The translations under genes were made by a program, and so were the position numbers. Under the pieces are notes generated by a model that saw nothing but the letters and a program-made list of their open reading frames with translations, was not told where the DNA came from and did not search any database. A stretch of DNA of 63,842 nucleotides, filler included, from Octopus bimaculoides (taxonomy: Eukaryota), in the NCBI RefSeq assembly GCF_001194135.2. It is 9 parts of 8 records of this genome, joined end to end, with 100 filler letters (N's around TTAATTAATTAA, not from the genome) between each part and the next. Parts side by side here need not be neighbours in the genome. Positions count along the whole stretch, not along the records: positions 17,317 to 35,458 come from NC_068983.1; 8 more parts are not named here. One strand, given 5' to 3'. Numbering within the stretch: position 1 is the first letter of the stretch; each line of letters opens with the position of its first letter. Of this stretch, positions 23,927-35,320 are shown piece after piece.

Positions 23927-26213
23927 ATGTCTTTTACAAAGAAAAGGAGATATGATGATTCATATTTGAGCTTCGGTTTCACTGTGCTTACTGCTGGTAG
24001 AGTAGAAAAACCAGAGTGTGTTCTGTGCTCTGAGGTATTGGCAGCTTCTTCACTGAAGCCCAGCAGGCTAAAGAGGCAGTCGGAAACGAAACATCCCAGT
24101 GCAGTCAATAAAGATGAGGAATTAATCCAGGCTTGATAACATGGGAATGTATATGCAGGACGTTATGGCTGGTCTGAAAGCCTCCGACAAGGTTTCAAGG
24201 AAAATTGCAGCTGCAAAAAATCCTCAATAACATTGGAGAGCAGTTAGTTCTTCCTTGCTGCAAAGATATAATCTCACTCGTGCTTGGAATGTCTGAACTA
24301 CAGAAGCTTAAACATGTTTCACTTTCAAACAACACCGTCAGTTGATGAATCACTGAGATGGCTGATAATATTTTGTCTCAGGTCATCTCAAAGATAAAAA
24401 CATCAATGTTGAACTATGTCACCATCCAAATCCAAGACGCCACTGATGTGACAGATTTAGCCCAACTTTGTACTTATGTAAGTTACATGCATAACAAACG
24501 CCTGGAAGATGAATTCCTTTTTTTTTTGCGACGGCCTCAACACTCGAACTACTGCAAATGATATATTCCAGAAAGTGGATCAATTCTTTAAGACGCATGG
24601 CATAAACTGCTAGCACTTGTTAGCGTGTGCCCCAATGATGCTCCAGCGATGCTTGGTTGCTGCTCTGGCTTTCAGATAATGGTGAAAGAGAAGTCTCCTA
24701 ATGCTATTGGTATGCATTTTGCACTTCATTGCCAAACATTGATGGTTAAAACAACTGTTTGAAGGATGCGGTCAAAGCGTTAAATTTCATCAGAATCAGT
24801 TCTCTAAACTTGCATCTTTTTGCTGACATGTACAAGGAAAATGGCTCTGATTTTGAAATGCCTTTACTGTACTCGCATGTGAGGTGGTTATCCAAGAGGA
24901 AAGTATTGAAAAGAGTCTTTGTTCTACACAAGGAGATACACGAATTTCTTTGTGGTGCTAAAAAAGAACTGCACAGACAATTCTCCAATACTTGGTTCCT
25001 TATATGTTTCACCTTTTTGGTCAACATTTTTGAATCAGTTAATTCTGTTAACTTAGCATTACAAGGAAAGGACATCACCAATGTCAACTGTTATGAAAAA
25101 AATGACTGCACTTAAAATGAAGCTCCATTTGTGGTATTCTAAATTGGAATGAATGAATTTTGCACCATTTCCAAACCTCAATACTTTCCTTGATGAAGAT
25201 GGCCTTCGAGTTGATGCTGACATCCTTGACATGATAAAACAGCATGTCTTAAATCTTCACGCTGAAATTCAAAGATACTTTCCCGACCTACAAAACTTTG
25301 AAAAAGTTCATCATTTCATCACCAATCCCTTTGCAATCTCTGTTGTTGACCTTCTGTCAGAAGATGACGTCATTCAGGGACAGTTTATCAATTTGCTGAA
25401 TGATGGAGGTGCTAAAAACACCTTCCGTAACATGTGTTGCAGTGAATTCTGGACTGAAATAATGCAGTTCTATCCAGATGTAGCCAAATTGGCCCTCAAA
25501 ATCATTGTTCCATTTGCAAAAATGTACGAATGTGAGATAGTTTTGCAACTTTACTTGAATTAAAACCAAGGCTCGCAATAAATTAGATATTGCGCATGAC
25601 ATGAGGGTCATCATCATCATCATCATCATCATCATCGTTTAACGTCCGCCTTCCATGCTAGCATGGGTTGGACGATTTGACTGGGACTGGTGAGCCAGAT
25701 GGCTACACCAGGCTCCAATCTGATTTGGCAGAGTTTCTACAGCTGGATGCCCTTCCTAACGTCAACCACTCCGAGAGTCTAGAGGGTGCTTTTACATGCC
25801 ACTGGCATGAAGGCCAGTCAGGCGGTACTGGCGACGGCCACGCTCAAAATGGTATATTTTATGTGCCACCCACACAAGAGCCAGTCCAGGGGCACTGGCA
25901 ACAATCTCACTCGGAAGTCCATTACACATGCCATGGGCACAAGTGCCAGAAAGGCGACACTGGGCACAGGTGCCATCCCAATTTCGCTTTCACTTATCAA
26001 AAATGCAGCCTAATATTGAGGATACATTACTGACCAAACAAGTTCACCCCTCTCAGATCTCATGAAAAGTTATTTTATACAAGGTCATTTTGCTTTGTTT
26101 GTCTCCTCTGATTTTTTCATTTTGAGGAGGAAGTGGAGGGAGATCTGCAAAGCCTTGAAAAAATGGGAGGGTGTCCATAGGGAGAAAATTTTTAAAAAGT
26201 TTGGGAACCAAGG
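23927..26213 (+). mobile_element. Decayed hAT (Buster/Charlie, SCAND3/ZBED-like) transposon with its right TIR
   Basis: ORF pieces KRRYDDSYLSFGF..KPECVLCSEVLA (BED finger), MADNILSQV, LLYSHVRWLSKRKVLKRVF and LKIIVPFA..CE, with C-terminal PNIED..KQVHPS after an insertion; TIR-like AAGTTTGGGAACCAAGG (26197-213) followed by CTTTACAT (central TA). Many frameshifts; left TIR not found. Confidence 0.9.
25609..25989 (-). mobile_element. RTE-tailed non-autonomous retroelement (family D), 5'-truncated, with (GAT)n tail
   Basis: Minus strand carries an RTE-like GGTTGACGTTAGGAAGGGCATCCAGC motif and ends GGACGTTAAACGATGATGATG; same family at 27684, 52467, 56708 and 61468. Confidence 0.8.
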
Positions 26214-27048
26214 CTTTACATCATTTTGAGAGAAAGAAGAAGAAAGAGTGAAAGTGAGACAAAATGAGAGTTTAAATAAGAGGTGCAGGATGATTGCACA
26301 TGTTAGGCTTTGTTGCAAGCAATGAGTAAGGGAAAGCTCAACACACATGCTAAGAGACTAAGACTCTTAGAGACAAAAGAAGAGGGAAAGTGGAAGTATT
26401 TGACTAAGTGGTTTGCTGTAGTGAAAAAACTGCAATCGTTAATATTTTCACAGCAAAATAGTTTCCTTAGATGATTTCCAAGTAAGCTGCTTATTAGCAG
26501 GGCAATGTTTTTCGTTGTATTAATCACTAGGCTATTCACTAACTTAAGAATCTATAGAACACTCTTTCAAATGAATTTATCGCTACAATTGCTACAAAAA
26601 AATTAATACATTTTCACTATCATGGGTAGTATTAGGAAACTGACATACCTGTGTCGTCAAAAATGCTGACAGTTTTAATAATGAAAGAAAATGGCAAAGT
26701 AAGACTAGGGGGAAAACCATTGATAAATGTCACCAATTGATTTGAGGACAAATATGTGTACATATACAGAATTGAAACATTTGGACAATCAAATAATGTT
26801 CTCAGTTGAAAATATTACTGTCCACATAATACATACATGTATATATATTATATGAAACATCTGCTTTTCCATGGTCTAAATGCTGACAGCTTTAGTAATA
26901 AGAGAAATAGCACATCAAAACCACTGGGAAAACCATTGATAAATGTCAATAAAATTGAGTTGAGGAAATATATGTACATACATAGAATTGAAACACTTGA
27001 ACAATAAGACACAACTGTAACTTCTCAGTTGAAAATATTATTATCCAC

Positions 27049-27098
<50 letters not shown>

Positions 27099-27469
27099 TA
27101 TATATATATATATATATATATACATACATATTGTGGAAAATCCGTTATCCATGGCCACATGGTTCAGTTGTTTGACAGTAACACTTGCCTACAGCTATCA
27201 CACAATGTCCTAGCCCTCAAAGACACCCTGGAGCTAGGATTATTAAATTTCTGACATGAGATTTATAGCCCCTGCTTATATTTCAAACGCCACCTGCTGC
27301 AAGCATGGGATTCCCCAATCATTGATTAGATCTGAAAAAGTCCTCACAAGCTAGAAGCAGCTTGAGAGCAGAGTTTCCAGTTTGCCATTTTAGCCCATAT
27401 GGACGACCAACTGAATTGGTCTAAGGAAGATAACTCGTCCTCACCGACCCAGATTGTTTATTCTTTGTT

Positions 27470-28575
27470 TACTAACTGATGAGAGCCTTGAAGATGAAGA
27501 AGGTAGAGGATGGTCATGCAGTCTTGACAATGAACAATTGAAAATAATTGTTGAACAAAACCCATGTCAAAGTGTCAGAGAAATGTCTCAGGCACTTGGT
27601 ATCAGTATTGCAATGGTCTCATGCAATCTGCAGAAGATTGGTAAGGTGAAAAATGCTTGATAAATGGGTACTTCATGAGCTCATCATCATCATCATCATC
27701 ATCGTTTAACGTCCGCTTTCCATGCTAGCATGGGTTGGACGATTTGACTGAGGACTGGTGCAACCGGATGGCTACACCAGGCTCCAATCTAATTTGACAG
27801 AGTTTCTACAGCTGGATGCCAGAGTGTAGCTCAATGAAAATCAAAATGTTTGGCGTTTTGAAGTATGGTCGATGCTCTTTCTGTGAAACATCAATGATCC
27901 TTTTCTTGACCAAATAGTCACTTGTGATGAAATGTGGATCCTTTATGATAACTGTAAACGATCAAATCAATGGCTTGATCGTGATGAGTCCCCCAAACAT
28001 TTCCCAAAGACAGAGTAGCATCAACAAAAGATTATGGTGACTGTCTGGTGGACTGTAGTTGGTGTTGTCCATTACAGCTTTCTAGAAGCCAATCAGAGTA
28101 TTACAACAGAGGTTTACTGCAATTAACTCACTGAAATGCATGCTCACTTGCAAAAAAAGGAGACCTGCATTGGTGAATCAGCATGGCCTAATTCTGCTCT
28201 GTTATAATGCAAAACCACATGTTGCAAGAATGATGCTGCAGAAACTCACAGACTTGGGATACATGACTTTACCACATCCTCCATATTCTCCTGATTTTTC
28301 ACCCACTGACTACCATTTTTCTAAGTGTTTAAATATGTTTTTAAGTGATAAAACTTTCAGGTCCAAACCAGAGGTGGAATCAACTTTCAAAGATTTCTTA
28401 GCATCAAAGCCAATAAGTTTTTATCAACGAGGCATAAATAATCTCATTGATTGATAGCAGAGATGCATAGATATTCATGGCTGATACATTGACTTAATCA
28501 AAACATTTCTATTATTAATTTTTCCAGAATGAAATTATGGCTCTGAAATCAGTCATTATTTTCAGAACAACCTAA
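27470..28575 (+). mobile_element. Decayed mariner (D,D34D type) transposon, 5'-truncated, right TIR present
   Basis: DESLEDEEGRG..KWVLHEL|NEN..IVTCDEMW..KIMVTVWW..NAKPH..PHPPYSPDFSPTDYHF; 3' end CATTATTTTCAGAACAACCTAA resembles a mariner TIR. Confidence 0.93.
27684..27827 (-). mobile_element. Short family D insertion with a 6-bp TSD inside the mariner ORF
   Basis: Flanked by AGCTCA at 27678-83 and 27828-33; removal restores CAT GAG CTC AAT GAA AAT (HELNEN). Confidence 0.88.
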
Positions 28576-28682
28576 GTGTTTTCCTTGCTTCTGAACTAGG
28601 TATTTATGTAGTCTTATGGTAGTTATTTAGTAATAATTTTCTAGCTGTATAAGGCCTCTACCACTTTCAATACGTTATATAT

Positions 28683-29287
28683 ATATATAGCCTGTCTATG
28701 TCAGGTTTTGGGTGATGCATCGTAAATCCTCTCACTATTTTCCTTGTTTTCCTGTCTATTTTGATTAGTTCATTTAGAGTCCACTTAAAAATACTGTAGC
28801 TATAACTTATAACTAAGACAGCTAGAGAGGTGCTACCTATTATCTTGTTTCTAACATTGAGCTCTGCTTTCAGTATTAATCTAACTCGTCTATAGTATTC
28901 CTTTTCTTATCTTCTATTTCATTTGTGTGTGTTGAATCATATCTAATTCATTGGTTCTTAAGTATTTTTATGTCTGGTTTTAGTCTAATTCTCTTATTTC
29001 CTTTGTTTTATCTAGTGTGATGTTGCTACTCTTAACTAGTTTTCCTCTTTTCAAGGTTGCTTTGATACATTTTTCTAAGCCAAATTTCATGTTTATTTCT
29101 TTGATAAAGCCATGTAACTGTCTGTAGTAATGTTTCCAGCTATTTATCATTTGTAGCGTACAGTTTTAGATCATCCATATACAAGAGATGGCTGATTGTT
29201 TTGCCATAACAGCTGTATCCACATCCAGTTCTCTTTAGCAAGTCAGATAAAGATGTCAGCACCAAGCAGAATAGGAATGGAGAGAGT
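28683..29287 (-). mobile_element. R4/Dong-clade non-LTR retrotransposon reverse transcriptase fragment
   Basis: LSPFLFCLVL..ISHLLYMDDLKLYA..MKFGLEKC..YYRRVRLILKAELN..IDRKTRK..HHPKPDIDRLY, with stops and frameshifts. Confidence 0.88.
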
Positions 29288-29290
29288 ATG

Positions 29291-29355
<65 letters not shown>

Positions 29356-29745
29356 TATTTAACACAGAAACTTCACTGGAGAATGTAACAAGGTTTTAGC
29401 TGTCCACAACCAGCAGACTAAGGTAACACTGTTCGTTCAGACTTCAAGAACTCTTCAAGTGATTTGTACAATTCCAAGCAATACTTGTTTTGTCTGTAGA
29501 TGCTTTATCTTCACATTTAACTCCTATCTTTTCAATCCAGACTGTGATCATAGCACTTATAGTTCCCAAGGCTCCAACAACAACAACAACAGGTATAACA
29601 CTCACTTTCTTCACTGACCACAGTTTTTTTTATCTCCTGTTTCAAATCATCATATCTATCCTGCTTCTCTTCTCTTTCTGATACCCTGTCATCTCTCGGG
29701 CATGCAGTATCCATGATTATACTCTAATTGTTATTGACTACCAGT
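29291..29745 (-). mobile_element. R4/Dong 3' end: RLE endonuclease C-terminus, 3' UTR and (AAT)n tail
   Basis: MDTACPRDDRV..EEKQDRYDDLKQEIK / KLWSVKKVSVIPVVVVVGALGTI..VLLG; about 20 AAT units at 29291-29350. Confidence 0.85.
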
Positions 29746-29793
29746 CCATAACTTTAAGTTCTATGTGTGTATTAAACACTTTGCTTACAACAG

Positions 29794-29944
29794 TTTTTGA
29801 GTGGATCTGATAAGAAAGAACGACTGAAAAGTAAGTCATTTGTATTTTAGAAATCTAATTATGTACTTAACAAAGATTCTTTATTTTCTAATCTTCCTAG
29901 ATGATTGTTATGTACAAATTGTTTGCTATAGACATGCAGCTTAA
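29794..29944 (+). CDS. Candidate last two coding exons of an unidentified gene (29794-29830, 29901-29944)
   Basis: ACAG|37 nt|GTAAGT, a 70-nt intron ending TTTATTTTCTAATCTTCCTAG; spliced peptide FLSGSDKKERLKNDCYVQIVCYRHAA*. No homologue recognised. Confidence 0.55.
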
Positions 29945-30164
29945 AGACATGGTTCAGTAGTTAACAACTACTAATATATACTAATAGATATTTTACTCTC
30001 CAAAATGTATTTGGTACACTGCTTCCCATGTTGGTGAAGGATTGTGTTCATGAAAGTTTGGTCATAATTTGGAATTCTGAAACTTATTTTCCAGTTATCA
30101 TTCATGCTATAAATTAAAATGTGTTCTTATGAAGTATTTTCAGAAATAAACAAAATAATGATTT

Positions 30165-30375
30165 CAAATTTTGGCACAAGGCCAGCAATTTCAGGGGAAG
30201 GGTTTAATTTGATTATACCGACCCTGGTGTTTAATTGTTTCTTGTTTTATCGATTCTGAGATGATGAATGGCAAAGTTAATCCCAGTGGAATTTGAATTC
30301 AGAATATAAAGATGGACAAAATGTTGCTAAGCATTTTGTCTGACACGCTAAGGATCATGTCAGCTTACCACCTCA
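30165..30375 (-). mobile_element. SINE family B, degenerate
   Basis: GGCACAAGGCCAGCAATTT...GGCAAAGTT...GAATTTGAATTCAGAAT...GCTAAGCATTTTG. Confidence 0.75.
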
Positions 30376-30509
30376 TAAATAATTGAATTTTATAGATGAA
30401 AATAACAAAGAAGTCCGTTGTATGTATATACATATGTATATGTCTGTGTGTGTGTCTTTATGTCTGTGTTTGTCTCCGACCACTGCTTGAGTAAATATTT
30501 GTGTATTGT

Positions 30510-30996
30510 AGAAGCATAACCTTTAATGTGGCCTGTGGGCCGCATGCAGCCCTCAATATGTTGTTGTGCAGCTCACAACGAGTTTTTAGGTTACTAATTT
30601 GCGGTATAACCTAAGAGTAACAACATCTCAAATTCTACATAATGTTGAAAATATGGTAAAGTATGTGAAAGTGCAAAAATCTCACTGATACAAATAATGA
30701 GATTTGTTCTTTAATAAAATATCAATGAATTTTCTTTTTTTTTTTTTACTTCAATATTTTAAACTATAATTTATTTACACTAGTAATCATCATCATTATC
30801 ATTAGGAAATAATGAAAGAGATGCCAGCTTAATGTAAGCTTTCATACTAAGACAAATAAAATTAAGAAGAACTGCAAAAAATTCAGTGTTAAGTGGGCAA
30901 GTAATATTATATGCATATGTGTTTTGTCATGCAGCCCTCTCCCACTTGAGAATGGTATGATGCAGCTCCCAGTTGAAGAAAAGCTGCCCATCCCTA
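30510..30996. mobile_element. Old hAT/Charlie-like MITE
   Basis: Right end AAAAGCTGCCCATCCCT and internal GTGGCCTGTGGGCCGCATGCAGCCC motifs typical of Charlie-like MITEs; left TIR eroded. Confidence 0.5.
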
Positions 30997-31024
30997 GGCC
31001 CATCCAAAAGTTTAAAGTTTAAAC

Positions 31025-31174
31025 CTTTGTATGGTAACAATTTTAGCAATCCCTCTATCGTTATTTTTTATGCTACTGTCGTCTATCTTGAATAAAGGAA
31101 ATGTAACACATGCAAAAGCTGAGTACAACTGCAGTGGCAAGAGACAAGAAACCAATGCCAAATATGTACTATTT
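31025..31174 (-). CDS. Candidate 150-nt phase 2-2 internal exon
   Basis: TTTTTTTGGTTTTAG| ... AAAG|GTTT; open frame NSTYLALVSCLLPLQLYSAFACVTFPLFKIDDSSIKNNDRGIAKIVTIQ. No homologue recognised. Confidence 0.4.
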
Positions 31175-31718
31175 CTAAAACCAAAAAAATTACACCTACA
31201 CACAGACACGCACATAATGATCTGAGGTTTTTGATTGGTCAAATTTACAAGAATTTCTGTAAAGAACAGAATTAAGAATTGTATCATGAAATTAGTGGTC
31301 ATAATTTACAATTCTCCTATGTGTGGAAGACAGTGACCAAAGGCAGTGGAAGACAGTGACCCTGTATGATAGGGGACCACTGTACACTTTCTGTTTTGGA
31401 TAACTCCTGCAACTTTATCGCACTCATTTTTCTACCTCTCACTACCCCTCTTACTTTCTCTTTCTCTCTCTCTTTCTATATATATATATATATAGATTGA
31501 TATACATAATTACAGACTGACATATGGACATACGCATGAATGTACAAACATACATATATACATGCACATATACATACATACACACAGACATACATACAGA
31601 GAGATAAACATAAATAAATAGATAGAAAGGGAGAGGGAGAGAGAGAGAAAGAGATACATACATTGATACATAGACAGAGAGATAAATGGTGACATATATA
31701 TATATGTATCTATAAATA

Positions 31719-31768
<50 letters not shown>

Positions 31769-32584
31769 TGTCTGTCTATCTATTGACATATATATATATA
31801 TATATATGCGCGCACGTGCGCACACACACACACACACACACAGAGGAACTTCATTAACAGAACATGGTTTAAAATTCTTGACAGTCATTAGTGCTGTTGA
31901 TTCTGCTTAATTGTGTAGCCTCAGTGACTGAAGTTCTTATGCAATTATCTAGAGTAAACACTTTACCGAATTCACATAATGGAGAGCATGTCGCACAAGC
32001 ATGAATTACATAATGCAAGAAAGAATACAGTTTTTTGTCTTTTATCCTTATCAAATATACATTATGTGCATATAATGTACTTACATTCCACCCCACCCAT
32101 ATCAAGCTATATTTTCTCATTGATATTTCTTGGTGTAGCAAGTGTTGTTTAACTTATCCCTTTCAATATATATCAATTTTCCCTTTGACAATCTTCAAAT
32201 ACCTGCAGCTAAAGCAAGGCCATCCATCTTGACAACGACTGATAATGTTATGTTATTTTCTGTTCCAGAAGACAATAACTGCATAGACTTTATTTACTCG
32301 TGTTTTACCAAGCTGAAACTATCTCTTATTGATATGCATTAGCATGACAATCTCTAAACCTATCTCCGACGTCGTTTTCCAATTCTCTTTCATAGGTTCT
32401 GGCATAGCTGTGTGGTTAAGAAGCCTGTTTTCCATCCCCATGATTTTTGAGTTCAATTCAGCCGTGCAGTACCTTGGCCAAATGTCTTCTACACCAGCAT
32501 CGGTTTCTGGGTGAGACTGGGAACAGTTTGTATAGGACAAAATAACAACATAAATAATAATAATAATAATAATAATTGTTTTTG

Positions 32585-32780
32585 ATTTTGGCACAATTTA
32601 GAGAAGAGGGATGTTAGTAAATACCATCAACCCTATTATTTTACTGGTACATTATTTTATCAACCCCTATCCCCATCCTCAGAGAGTTCATAAGTAAAGT
32701 TGACCATGGCAGGATTTGAACTCAGAATATAAAGACGCAGAAGAGAAGCCTCTTAGTAAGGTAATGTTCTGCCAGCTAGC
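32585..32780 (-). mobile_element. SINE family B, degenerate
   Basis: GTAAAGTTGACCATGGCAGGATTTGAACTCAGAAT...TTCTGCCAGCTAGCC. Confidence 0.7.
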
Positions 32781-33404
32781 CATCTTATTCAAACACAAGT
32801 GATAAAAGCATAATGCATGCTACCAGGCCATAATCGCTCATGCATGACAGCTGACTGAACTCAAGCTTAACTGAACAAAAATGGCCCAAAAATAACTTTT
32901 ACACACTTTGTAACAACTTAACCCCTGTCAGGTAACAACAAAATAAAAACTGTTTTTGAGCCAATCACAGGCCATCACAGGTGATAATGAAAACAACAAA
33001 AACTATGTCCATTCACTGCTTCATTCAAAGATATATTTTTTCAAAAATATTATCTTCAATGAAGATTTATTTATTGAAAAAATATATTATGACACAATTA
33101 CAAATGAGATAAAAATGCACTGGACTATGAACTCTGATAGTCTTCGGAAGGGTCTGACTAATATAAAAAACATTTGATTTGTTTAACATTGTTTGTAAAC
33201 ATGAGGTATTGAAGCTGTCATCATGAAACATGTCATGAAAATAGAAGATTCAAGAATCTTCATTATTCATATAAAACAACTCCATGAGTCATGTTATATT
33301 GGATAGTTTTAAGCCTGTGGCATTAGGAATTTCACACAATTCACTAGGAATATTCCCAGGGGAATATATGGAAGTCAGAGTAATAGGTTCCGAACTAATT
33401 CCAA

Positions 33405-33464
<60 letters not shown>

Positions 33465-34066
33465 ACAGGCAATAGGTGAGAACTAGATATGGGGAGTATA
33501 GAAAACACGTAGTAGTTCTCAAATGAAATGAACTTAAACACCGAATACATTATCTAGGACTAGGTCCACAGCGTTAAGAGTGGCTCTAAGAGAAACCCAA
33601 GTGAGCTAATATGGAGATAGTGACACAGATAAACATGATTAGGCTTCATATATATATATATATATATATATANNNNNNNNNNNNNNNNNNNNNNNNNNNN
33701 NNNNNNNNNNNNNNNNNNNNNNNNNNNNNNNNNNNNNNNNNNNNNNNNNNNNNNNNNNNNNNNNNNNNNNNNNNNNNNNNNNNNNNNNNNNNNNNNNNNN
33801 NNNNNNNNNNNNNNNNNNNNNNNNNNNNNNNNNNNNNNNNNNNNNNNNNNNNNNNNNNNNNNNNNNNNNNNNNNNNNNNNNNNNNNNNNNNNNNNNNNNN
33901 NNNNNNNNNNNNNNNNNNNNNNNNNNNNNNNNNNNNNNNNNNNNNNNNNNNNNNNNNNNNNNNNNNNNNNNNNNNNNNNNNNNNNNNATATGTATATATA
34001 TTATCTATATATATTATATATATATATATTAATTATATATATAATATGTATATATATTCTCTTTTT

Positions 34067-34561
34067 TATTTGTTTCAATCACTTGAGTGCTACAATCACT
34101 GTAACACTGCCTTTTGTTGAGCAAATCAACCCTAGGACTTATTCTTTGTAAGCCTAGTACTTATTCTATCTGTCTCTTTTGCCGAACTGCTAGGTTATGG
34201 GGAAGTAAACACACCAACATCAGTTGTCAAGTGACAAACACAGACACACAAACATACACACACACACACACATATATATATATATGTATTTACAATGGGC
34301 TTTTTACAGTTTCTGTCTACCAAATCCATTCACAGCGCTTTGGCCGGCTCTTGGCTATTGTAGTTGCCCAAGGTGCCATGCAGAGGGAGTGAACCTAGAA
34401 CCATGTGATTGGGAAGCAAGCTTCTTAGCGGTTCGGCAAAAGAGACCAATAGAATAGGTATTAGGCTTACAAAGAAGAAGTCCTGGGGTCGATTTGTTCG
34501 ACTAAAGGTAGTGCTCCAGCATGACCGCAGTCAAATGACTGGAACAAATAAAAGAATAAAA
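34067..34561. mobile_element. Two oppositely oriented family A SINE pieces
   Basis: Minus copy at 34067-34413 and plus tail at 34424-34561 share complementary tail sequence. Confidence 0.8.
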
Positions 34562-34974
34562 GAATCTATATATTTATAGTGATCTCTCTCTCTCTCTCTC
34601 TCTCTCTCTCCACACACACACACACACATATTAAAGCAGCTGGATAATTTGTGATTGAAAAATCTGGAAAGCAAAATTAACAGTAGGAAAAACGAGGAGA
34701 TGTCAAGATTCATACAAGAAGTTCTTTGTCAAAGAGAGAGAAAAAAAAATGAAAAATGTGAAAGATTTAGAGAAATGCATTTTGTGTGTAGTAATGGAAT
34801 GGAAATGGGTAGGAGTTTGTATATGGTTTCTGGCAGAGAGGAATCTAATGGATTGATGAGTGTCTGTGGATCCTGAGCAAAAAAAGGAATATGTAGTGGG
34901 ATGGAATGTAGTGTTAGGCAATATAAATGGCCAGATTGTATGTGGGAGTGAGTTGTAGAGCAGAAGAGAGAAAG

Positions 34975-35022
34975 GGAGAGAGGAAGAAAGAGAGGTAGGA
35001 AGAAAAGTAGGAAGAAAGGTAA

Positions 35023-35054
<32 letters not shown>

Positions 35055-35261
35055 GTAGGAAGGAAGAAAGAAAGTAGAAAGAAAGAAGGAAAGAAGGAAG
35101 GAAGGAAAGAATGAAAGAAAGAAAGAAAGAAAGAGACGTAGGAAGGAAGGAAGGAAGGAAGGAAGGAAGGAAAGAAGGAAGGAAAGAAAGAAAGAAAGAA
35201 AGAAAGAATGAACTAAAAGGAAAGAAAGAAGGAAGGAAAGAATGAAAGAAAGAAAGAATGA

Positions 35262-35293
<32 letters not shown>

Positions 35294-35320
35294 ATAAAAA
35301 GAAAGAGAGAAAGAAAGAAG
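34975..35320. repeat. Polypurine (GAAA/GGAA)n tract
   Basis: About 350 bp of almost purely purine plus strand. Confidence 0.95.
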
